NCBI GenBank assembly: GCA_003568775.1
Contig: MWMI01000006.1
Span: 1 to 26,539, forward strand
Length of the DNA stretch: 26,539 nt
Origin: Candidatus Nanoclepta minutus
GTDB lineage: Archaea; Nanobdellota; Nanobdellia; Nanobdellales; Nanobdellaceae
Direction: 5' to 3'
Translations under genes and position numbers: made by a program
Shown here: one piece after another, positions 16,486 to 23,776 of the stretch
How positions within the stretch are numbered: position 1 is the stretch's first letter
Layout of the letters: every line of letters begins with the position of its first letter
The notes under the pieces: model-generated
Seen by the model: the letters and a program-made list of their open reading frames with translations, nothing else
What the model was told of the DNA's origin: nothing
Database searches by the model: none

Positions 16486-18667
16486 AAATCTTCTTCAATC
16501 TATCTGCTTTAGATTCTCCGATTATATTTGCTAACTCTACTTTCTTGGCTAAAACTATGTTCTTTATAGTCTTGAACCTCTCTAAGAGGTTCCTAGCTAG
16601 AGTATCCCCTATTCCAGGTATCTGCTTCAATATGTTCTCCCTTATCCTGTCTGGATCATCTTCCTTAACGGCCTGAGGGATTAACGGTTTCTTATATATA
16701 CTTTTTGCTAAGATATATAGATAGTTAGACGTTTCGATGAAGTTCTTCGTTTTAATTATAGGTACCCTATACTCGAGTATTATCTTCAATAGTAAGGATC
16801 TTATATAGTTTGGAGAAAGCTCTGGAGTAATAAAAATATCTTCCTCTTCCCCTTCTAAGATTAATATAGCGTTCTTATCCCTTAGCTTGTTTAGTTGATC
16901 GTATAACCTTCCATCTGCTATGGAACTTATGAAATCTAATATAGTCTTTCTCTCTATTACAAAGTCACCGATTATATAGTCTCCTACCTCTAGATTCTCT
17001 AGCCTTATTATAACATCCCTTTCTGCCAAGGTCTGTAGTACTCCAGAATCCTTTTCTTTATAGTCAGCGATAATAATGGGCATTGTTTCCTGATTGTTGG
17101 TTTTTTCCTTCTGATCTATTGTTGAAAAATATTTTGATATACCCTTATCTACCTCTATCCTTCTTTTTTCATTATCTATTTTCTTCTCATCGGTCATAGT
17201 AACGGGCTTTAGATATTTCTTTAATTGTTTTATAATTTTAAACATCTTTCTCTCCTTATTGATAGCAACCCAATAGAACCTCTCATCAATGCTCTTTTTA
17301 GTTACCAATATAAGGACTTCCCCTATTTCACCCCTTCCGGTCCTACCTCTTCTCTGTATATACCTTATTTCAGATGGAACTGGTTCGTAAAATATTACAA
17401 TATCTACTTTTGGTATATCTATTCCCTCTTCCCCTATTGAGGTTGCCAATAGGACGTTGAATTTCCCTTCTGCAAACTCTTTTAGTATCTTAACCTGTTC
17501 TTTTTGTCCCATCTCCCTCTTGCCTATAAATCTCCTCGAATCTATTCCTTCCTTATCTAAGAGTTCCTTTATTTTTTCTAAAGTCTTTCTTATTTGAGCA
17601 AAAACTATTATCTTCTTATCTCTATTTGATCTAATTATTTCTAAAAGCTTGTATAATTTTGGATGCTCTTTTCCATTGTTAAGCAAATTTTTAGCCAAAT
17701 ATATTGCTTTTTTTATTCTTATATCGTTCAAAACTAAATAGTCTGCTCTACTCTTTCTCATGCTATTTTCCATAGATCTAAAATACTCTAAGAAAGTGTA
17801 AAGGGTCTGGGTTTCCAATAGCTCTATCGAATGCAAGATCTTCAATATCTCTCCAGCCAATAGAAAAGCATACTTTAGTCTATTATCAGGATTTATATCT
17901 ATCTGCTTCTTAATCTCTTCTATCCACTCTAAAGCATCCTTCTTTCCTCTTTTTATAGAGAATTCGGGAATGATATCTCTAATCTTTTCTAATCTAAATT
18001 CTATTGCCTTCTCAAGCAAATCTCTAATTTCTAATATCTCTTTATCTAACTCTACCTCTATTTTTTCTATCTTTATTGGAGCAATATACTTTCTAATATC
18101 TTCCTCTCTTCCAGTCCTTATCTCAACGTTCTGTATGTACAAGTTGTTGATTACTTCCTGTATTCTATCTATATTCCATCCTGGAGAAGCTGTAAGTCCT
18201 ATTATCCTAGGATCGCTTGCCTGTTCTACGAACTTCCTTGCAATAAAGGTATAAGCATATTTCTTTATAGCCCTATGAGCTTCATCGAAGATGATAGTAG
18301 ATGCGTTATAGAAGGTTACTTTTCCATTTATTAGATCGTTTTGTAATGTTTGGGGTGTAACAAATATTATTTGAGCTTGTTTATAGAGGTATTCTCTTCT
18401 ACTAGGATGAGTTTCCCCAGTTATGCAGATAGCTTTTTCCTTATATTCCGGAAAGATCTTAATAAAGTTATTGTAATGTTGTTGCGTTAGTGGCTTTGTC
18501 GGTGCTAGGAAGAAGACCTTTTTATCAGGATACCTCTCTAACCTTTTTAAAATTACAAAAAATGCAATTATTGTCTTACCAGTTCCTGTAGGTAAGATTA
18601 TTAGAGTATTCCCATTTAAACATGATTTTAGTATGTTTTCTTGGTATTCCCTAAGTACAATTTGCAT
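16457..18667 (-). CDS. hef: Hef helicase/nuclease (SF2 helicase fused to an XPF/ERCC4 nuclease and HhH2)
   Basis: 736 aa. Helicase motifs LPTGTGKT, FDEAH and QRRGRTGR. Nuclease motif GDY...ERKTILDFISSIADGRLYDQ. C-terminal HhH IPGIGDTLARNLLERF. Confidence 0.9.
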   Translation of the reverse strand: MQIVLREYQENILKSCLNGNTLIILPTGTGKTIIAFFVILKRLERYPDKKVFFLAPTKPLTQQHYNNFIKIFPEYKEKAICITGETHPSRREYLYKQAQIIFVTPQTLQNDLINGKVTFYNASTIIFDEAHRAIKKYAYTFIARKFVEQASDPRIIGLTASPGWNIDRIQEVINNLYIQNVEIRTGREEDIRKYIAPIKIEKIEVELDKEILEIRDLLEKAIEFRLEKIRDIIPEFSIKRGKKDALEWIEEIKKQIDINPDNRLKYAFLLAGEILKILHSIELLETQTLYTFLEYFRSMENSMRKSRADYLVLNDIRIKKAIYLAKNLLNNGKEHPKLYKLLEIIRSNRDKKIIVFAQIRKTLEKIKELLDKEGIDSRRFIGKREMGQKEQVKILKEFAEGKFNVLLATSIGEEGIDIPKVDIVIFYEPVPSEIRYIQRRGRTGRGEIGEVLILVTKKSIDERFYWVAINKERKMFKIIKQLKKYLKPVTMTDEKKIDNEKRRIEVDKGISKYFSTIDQKEKTNNQETMPIIIADYKEKDSGVLQTLAERDVIIRLENLEVGDYIIGDFVIERKTILDFISSIADGRLYDQLNKLRDKNAILILEGEEEDIFITPELSPNYIRSLLLKIILEYRVPIIKTKNFIETSNYLYILAKSIYKKPLIPQAVKEDDPDRIRENILKQIPGIGDTLARNLLERFKTIKNIVLAKKVELANIIGESKADRLKKIFEEEYKSEK

Positions 18668-18684
18668 AATTTCTTAATTAAACC

Positions 18685-18972
18685 CTATTTTAAAAAATTA
18701 ATTATCTTTCTCTGATAGGATTCCTCTATAATAAAATTAAAATTGTTTTTGAACCTTTCCAATATTTCCTTATCTTCCTCCCTAATACCTATCAAGATTA
18801 CGTTCATCTTCCCTCTTTTCTTTCTAATACTTTTATATTCCTGTAAATTCTTCAGTATATCAGAAATGAATTTTTCTCTAGTTCTTTCATTTAAAAACCA
18901 AACTATCTCATCGTTACCTTCATAATTTATACCTTTCCTAGATACCCATATAACTAGGCTAGCTTTAGGCAT
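18685..18972 (-). CDS. Hypothetical small protein
   Basis: 95-aa ATG ORF that exactly fills the Trm1-Hef gap on the same strand. I recognise no motif. Confidence 0.45.
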   Translation of the reverse strand: MPKASLVIWVSRKGINYEGNDEIVWFLNERTREKFISDILKNLQEYKSIRKKRGKMNVILIGIREEDKEILERFKNNFNFIIEESYQRKIINFLK

Positions 18973-18988
18973 AAATTATAGTTGTATT

Positions 18989-20071
18989 TTAAATTTTAAG
19001 ATTTGGATATTCGTAACATTTTATACCTAAATTAGAAAAATGTGTTCTACATGCATTATTTACTTCTAATATTTTTTCCATTTTTGGAATTCTATCTATC
19101 TTTAAGTATTTAGCTATATATCCTAAATCATAATAATACCAAACATTCATCTTAGAATCGCATCCCAAGATTCTTTCAATTATCGTATTCTCATCCTTAT
19201 CTAAACTGAAGTTCTTCCTGTTAGCATCAAAATACTTTAATGTTAGTTCATCGTATAAGTTTCCCTTATATATCGGGCCTATCCTCTCCATTTTATTCCC
19301 ACATATTTTACATCTTTCATCTTCATCAGATTTATATCCACAGTTCCTACAATAATATACGAAGCCCAAGTTATCTATAAGGTACCTTATCTCCCTTGAC
19401 CTCTTAGTCTTCCTAAAGAATATCCTATAGTGATGTCTATAATAGTAGGAGAATACTGGTACTAAGGCTACATCAAACCTGAGGGCTTCCTCAATTACAT
19501 ACTTTGAGAGAACCCTTATACCGAACTCTAAATAAAAATCCGTTTTAAAACTTATAACCCCATACTTCCTAAAGCAGGCTTCCTTCCTTGATCCAGAAAG
19601 CGCTGAAATATCCGTAGCTGTTACGCCAAGCAAACCACCGTTCCTTAAAGAAAATACTGCAGGTTGTATGAATCCTACAGGAGAACCAAAGGGATCTATA
19701 TCTATATAATCGAAATGCCTACTATACATAACCTTCCTACAGTCCTCTCTTAAGATCTCTATGTCCCCTTCAATTTCATTAATCTTAAGGTTTTCCTTTA
19801 TATTATCTATAGAGCTCTCCCTTATGTCAACGATTGTTAAGCTCTTAACTACCTCCGGTATCTCTTTAAAGATCCTAATGCTCCTTATACCAGTTGCTGC
19901 CATAGAATCCAATATTTCAAATTTCTTTCCAGATATATCATAAAATGATTTTAAGATAATTATAGTAAAGTCCCTGTTTATTTTCATATAGGGGTTATAG
20001 AATACTTTAGATTTTTTTGATAAAACGATTTCAGGAATATCTATCTTAGCTCTTCCTTCAAAAAATATCAT
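18989..20071 (-). CDS. trm1: tRNA (guanine26-N2)-dimethyltransferase Trm1
   Basis: 360 aa. Contains EGRAKI...FYNP..INRD, LDSMAATGIRSIR, IDIDPFGSP and the Zn-ribbon insert CRNCGY...CKICGNKM. Its ATGA overlaps the L31e stop. Confidence 0.88.
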   Translation of the reverse strand: MIFFEGRAKIDIPEIVLSKKSKVFYNPYMKINRDFTIIILKSFYDISGKKFEILDSMAATGIRSIRIFKEIPEVVKSLTIVDIRESSIDNIKENLKINEIEGDIEILREDCRKVMYSRHFDYIDIDPFGSPVGFIQPAVFSLRNGGLLGVTATDISALSGSRKEACFRKYGVISFKTDFYLEFGIRVLSKYVIEEALRFDVALVPVFSYYYRHHYRIFFRKTKRSREIRYLIDNLGFVYYCRNCGYKSDEDERCKICGNKMERIGPIYKGNLYDELTLKYFDANRKNFSLDKDENTIIERILGCDSKMNVWYYYDLGYIAKYLKIDRIPKMEKILEVNNACRTHFSNLGIKCYEYPNLKI

Positions 20072-20358
20072 TTATTTATATCTACATATGCCTCATTCTC
20101 TTTTTCTATTATCTTTACTGAAATTTTAGTTGGAGGCTTTTTAATACCTCTGGACCAAACAAATTCATTTAGTCTTGCGGATATCTTAACTTTTTTTCCT
20201 TTTATAATCCTTTCTATAGTTTCCCTTAAAGATTTTATAGCCTTCTTTGCCCTTCTGTTTAATGGAGCCTTTAATACTTTATCTCTAATATTTATAGTTA
20301 GTTCCCTTATCTTTACTTCTTCCTCTTTAGGTTCAACCTTTTGATTATTTTCAGGCAT
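20068..20358 (-). CDS. rpl31e: 50S ribosomal protein L31e
   Basis: 96 aa. Contains LTINIRDKVLKAPLNRRAKKAIKSLRE and LNEFVWSRGIKKPPTKISVKI. Confidence 0.88.
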   Translation of the reverse strand: MPENNQKVEPKEEEVKIRELTINIRDKVLKAPLNRRAKKAIKSLRETIERIIKGKKVKISARLNEFVWSRGIKKPPTKISVKIIEKENEAYVDINK

Positions 20359-20400
20359 AATTAACTAAATTAGGGAATCTTTTTTAAGATTTTATTAAGT

Positions 20401-20408
20401 AAGGAGGA
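20401..20408 (+). promoter_or_regulatory. Shine-Dalgarno-like element for the 132-aa membrane protein
   Basis: AAGGAGGA lies 10 nt upstream of ATG 20419. It is the strongest SD-like string I saw in an intergenic position in this window. Confidence 0.4.
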
Positions 20409-20418
20409 TCTATTATAT

Positions 20419-20817
20419 ATGATACAGAGTTTTAAACTTGGAATAAGGGAAAGCTTCGTTCATTCGGTATCGTCCTTCCTTGCCGGTATATTGTTAAACT
20501 TCTTATATATATTTGGTATAGTAGGAAGGGAAATATTCTTTATAATGTTGATCTTAAGTATTATAACAACGTTAGTTATAACGGTAATAGTAGTTAAGTC
20601 AGGGTTCCTTTACCTTTTAGGCTGGATAGTTGGGATATTTATAGCATATCTCTTTGGACTAATTAATGAGTTTAGCTTCCTGCTCTTCATATCATTTCCG
20701 ATAGTAGGATTCCTTATGGGTATCACAATAAAAATAGGAATATTCCTGCTAAAGTTACTTATCTTAATCTTACTAGGCTCCATAGCTTTCCTTCTAGTGC
20801 TCTCCCTGTTTATCTAA
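20419..20817 (+). CDS. Hypothetical polytopic membrane protein (about 4 TM)
   Basis: 132 aa and almost entirely hydrophobic helices. Preceded by an SD-like element. I recognise no family. Confidence 0.55.
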   Translation: MIQSFKLGIRESFVHSVSSFLAGILLNFLYIFGIVGREIFFIMLILSIITTLVITVIVVKSGFLYLLGWIVGIFIAYLFGLINEFSFLLFISFPIVGFLMGITIKIGIFLLKLLILILLGSIAFLLVLSLFI

Positions 20818-20849
20818 TTTATAAATTTAAATAAATATAAGAACTTCAA

Positions 20850-21281
20850 ATGAGCATTAATGGAGTAAATTGGATGCTTTTTGCAATCCTCAGTTCTATA
20901 ATGGCCGCCCTATCAACGATTTTTGCAAAAATAGGACTTCAAGAGGTAGATCCTATAGTTTCTACAACATTGAGATCGATAGTTATAATGGTCTTTTCAT
21001 TAACCGTTATGTTTTCTCTAAGAAACATGGAGGTAATTAAAACTTTAAATAACAGTAACATTGCCTTTATTATAATTAGCGGGATAGCTGGTAGTCTATC
21101 ATGGTTGTTCTATTTCTTAGCGTTACAAAGGGGAAATACAACAATTGTAGCAGCAATAGATAGATCCAGCATAATTTTCGTTTTACTATTTTCCATGCTA
21201 TTCTTAAATGAAGGTATTACGTTAAACAAAATAATTGCTATATTCCTAATTTTGATTGGGTTATTTCTGTTAATATTTTAG
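20850..21281 (+). CDS. Single-EamA-domain (half-size DMT, 5-TM) transporter family protein
   Basis: 143 aa. Contains MLFAILSSIMAALSTIFAKIGLQEVDPIVSTTLRS and a C-terminal EGITLNKIIAIFLILIGLFLL, typical of one EamA repeat. Confidence 0.7.
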   Translation: MSINGVNWMLFAILSSIMAALSTIFAKIGLQEVDPIVSTTLRSIVIMVFSLTVMFSLRNMEVIKTLNNSNIAFIIISGIAGSLSWLFYFLALQRGNTTIVAAIDRSSIIFVLLFSMLFLNEGITLNKIIAIFLILIGLFLLIF

Positions 21282-21300
21282 AGATTTAATCTATAAGGTT

Positions 21301-21921
21301 TTATTTATAAGATGAAAGCTCGTAATATAACTTCCTTACTGATTCATCTACATCCAATAGGTTCCTTCCTTCTATATAGTTTATTAAGTCCTTAGCTATC
21401 TCTTTATAATTTATTCCGTTTATTTTTTGAAGTATAGAGGAAACATAACTTACTAGATCGTATATCTTCTCAAGATCCTTATGATTCCTATAATCACCAG
21501 AAATTATTCTTCTTAGAAGACTATATCTCGTTCCTTCCAATAGATATTTTTCTTTTTCATAAGAGTAAGTATCGAGTCCAGAAGCAAGCTTAAATCCGAT
21601 AAGAGTAGTAACAACAGGAAAAATAAAAGGTATTAATTCTGGGATCTTACCGTTAAAGGCAAGATAAAGTGATATCATAGTACCACCAACTGTTAATCCA
21701 TTAAACAGGTTCATTATATTCGTATTTATTTCTATATATTTATTTTCCAACCCATTTTCATATAAGAGATCTGTATCTTTTTTCTTAATATCAAGTAATG
21801 TTATTAGTCTTTTTCTATATTCAGTATCTATATTGTCTATATATGCCTGAGTTTCCTTAGCATTCTTTGAATTATTCGTCATCCTTATTATATCATCCAA
21901 ATTGGGAGATGTTTTATCCAT
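21301..21921 (-). CDS. Hypothetical protein with a central 2-TM hairpin
   Basis: 206 aa. A charged helical N-terminus is followed by two adjacent TM helices (LTVGGTMISLYLAF and LIPFIFPVVTTLIGFKLA) and a helical C-terminal half. Confidence 0.55.
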   Translation of the reverse strand: MDKTSPNLDDIIRMTNNSKNAKETQAYIDNIDTEYRKRLITLLDIKKKDTDLLYENGLENKYIEINTNIMNLFNGLTVGGTMISLYLAFNGKIPELIPFIFPVVTTLIGFKLASGLDTYSYEKEKYLLEGTRYSLLRRIISGDYRNHKDLEKIYDLVSYVSSILQKINGINYKEIAKDLINYIEGRNLLDVDESVRKLYYELSSYK

Positions 21922-21960
21922 TCAGCAATGATGTTACAAAAAAACTTTGTTATAGAGCTA

Positions 21961-22044
21961 TGCGGGGGCGGGGATTCGAACCCCGGACGGATCTAATCCA
22001 TCGGGACCTAAACCCGACCCCTTTGACCTCTCGGGCACCCCCGC
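21961..22044 (-). tRNA. tRNA-Leu (anticodon UAG), class II
   Basis: Hand-folded as GCGGGGG-UG-CCC-GAGAGGUCAAA-GGG-G-UCGGG-UUUAGGU-CCCGA-UGGAUUAGAUCCGUC-CGGGG-UUCGAAU-CCCCG-CCCCCGC-A. Confidence 0.93.
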
Positions 22045-22925
22045 TACTTCGTTTCCCAGCCTATTCCTTTTTCTATACCTAAAGTATTTTTAATTATATC
22101 TTCTATTATGTTTTTCTCCTTTTCCCTTATCTTTGATAGATTATGGGCAAGCTTTAAACCAACAGGATAGGATACCTTATTAAAGATGTTTTTAGTTATT
22201 CCTAAAATTTCTTCATCCGAGAGTTTATCCCAAGCTTCAACCCTATAGATATGATCAAAAGTCTGTGATCTTATATATAAAGCCTTTACTCTAAAATCTT
22301 CGAGATCTTTTGTAAATATTCTCGTACAAAACCTTTCATATGGAAACTTGTTTAGAAGTACAATAAAATCTGGTCTATTATCCCCAAGAAACTTGGAATG
22401 TAGTATCCTTTTTGCAATAGATAGCATCTTTCGATTAGTACTTTTAAGGAAGTTCTCTTTAAATTCCTGAATCCTTCTGTTTATTTCCTCTACAGGCGAG
22501 CTATCGAACTTCCCAAACAGGATGTAATCTGATAGTATAGATCCATCAATCACTATATATCCATTTTTTACCTCATCCAATAACTCATATTCTAAGTTCT
22601 TACTAACTAGGTTAGCTATACTAGATATCTCCATGCTCTTCTTCTTATTCTCTTCAAATACCTCTATTAATATATCGGGAACTAATAGGAAATCTTTTTT
22701 CTTAATTTCATTCGTACTAGAAACCGCAATAGCCCTAGCATAAATATAGGATAAAGGACCTACTATACCACTAACATAACTTGAATCTATATATGTAACC
22801 TCATCCTCAAATCCCTCTATAGAATCTAAATCTACAGTCTCTATACTAAGACTCTCTTCAGAGAACATCTTTTTAACCTGATTTACCTTCTCTATTATTT
22901 TCTCTATATCCTCTCTATCCAACAT
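22044..22925 (-). CDS. NurA-like nuclease-domain protein (minimal, stand-alone)
   Basis: 293 aa. Candidate catalytic positions are spaced as in NurA: TYIDSSY (D about 47), NLEYELL (E about 113), IVIDGSIL (D about 127) and YPVGLKLAHNL (H about 261). Confidence 0.6.
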   Translation of the reverse strand: MLDREDIEKIIEKVNQVKKMFSEESLSIETVDLDSIEGFEDEVTYIDSSYVSGIVGPLSYIYARAIAVSSTNEIKKKDFLLVPDILIEVFEENKKKSMEISSIANLVSKNLEYELLDEVKNGYIVIDGSILSDYILFGKFDSSPVEEINRRIQEFKENFLKSTNRKMLSIAKRILHSKFLGDNRPDFIVLLNKFPYERFCTRIFTKDLEDFRVKALYIRSQTFDHIYRVEAWDKLSDEEILGITKNIFNKVSYPVGLKLAHNLSKIREKEKNIIEDIIKNTLGIEKGIGWETK

Positions 22926-22936
22926 AAATATCTTAT

Positions 22937-23776
22937 CTAAAATAAACTATATAAGTTATCTCTATTAGCTTCCAACAACCTATTCCTTATACCTAAGAAG
23001 TCTGCAGCAGACATGAAGATGTTCTTTATATCTCTATTCAATTTTTCGATATAATTTAGATAATCCTTTGATCTAGCTATATGATGATCGAATATTATTT
23101 TCTCTATTTCTGTATTTCTGACAACATCAATCAAGTTATTTATGTTAGTTTCTTCTAACTTCCTCTTCCATAAATAATGGTATATTGGTGGACCGGACAT
23201 TATCAAGACCCTTGGATTCTTCCTTATTATGAAATCCTTCGTTTTATTGCTTAAAATACCCTGTATATCGGAAGCAAATATCATTGAGTCCTTCCCATAC
23301 TCTATATATACCATCAGAACCTTTCCTAACTTAGATTTCTCTTCTCCATGCCAAACACCATTAGAAAATTCTATATATGTATTCCCTATTTCATAACTCC
23401 TTCCATCAGAAAACTCAACTTCCTTTAAAACCGATAGAACATCCTTTCCCCTTAGATATTGAGACTTGTTCGTATCATTAAAGTCCTTTGCCAATATTCT
23501 CTTTCCTATTAAGACCTTTATATGATCTGAAGCTGGATGGGGGCAATGATCCCAATGATAGTGTGTAATGATAAATAAGTCGGATCTCTCACCTATTTCT
23601 ATTATTTCATTTATTTTCTTGTCTAGTTCTGCTATCTCTTCTTCAGTAGGAGGTAGGCCATACCTTACTGGAGCTATAGATATCGAGGGATCTATGAATA
23701 TCCTTATATCTGTCTCTACTAAAGTTGCCATAGATCTCGTTGAAAAGGAATCAAAGGCTATCGGTCTTATCCTCAT
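22937..23776 (-). CDS. Metallo-beta-lactamase-fold hydrolase, archaeal UPF0282/COG2248 type
   Basis: 279 aa. Contains THYHWDH (the HxHxDH motif), a later VWHG, FASD and FDHH. Its ATGA overlaps the ThiI stop. Confidence 0.8.
   Translation of the reverse strand: MRIRPIAFDSFSTRSMATLVETDIRIFIDPSISIAPVRYGLPPTEEEIAELDKKINEIIEIGERSDLFIITHYHWDHCPHPASDHIKVLIGKRILAKDFNDTNKSQYLRGKDVLSVLKEVEFSDGRSYEIGNTYIEFSNGVWHGEEKSKLGKVLMVYIEYGKDSMIFASDIQGILSNKTKDFIIRKNPRVLIMSGPPIYHYLWKRKLEETNINNLIDVVRNTEIEKIIFDHHIARSKDYLNYIEKLNRDIKNIFMSAADFLGIRNRLLEANRDNLYSLF

Noticed and set aside
20419-21281. The idea that the 132-aa and 143-aa membrane ORFs are two halves of a split 10-TM DMT/EamA transporter.
   Set aside because: Only the second ORF shows an EamA-like pattern, and the first has no recognisable EamA repeat. 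Single-repeat 5-TM DMT members are a known class.
13659-22044. The two tRNA-Leu genes share a 40-nt stretch (positions 8-47, one mismatch at anticodon base 34) in direct orientation 8.3 kb apart. This could mark att sites of an integrated element.
   Set aside because: The similarity covers the 5' and central part expected of isoacceptor paralogues. The intervening genes are core housekeeping (Hef, Trm1, L31e, GAPOR-like). There is no integrase and no partial tRNA 3'-end duplicate.
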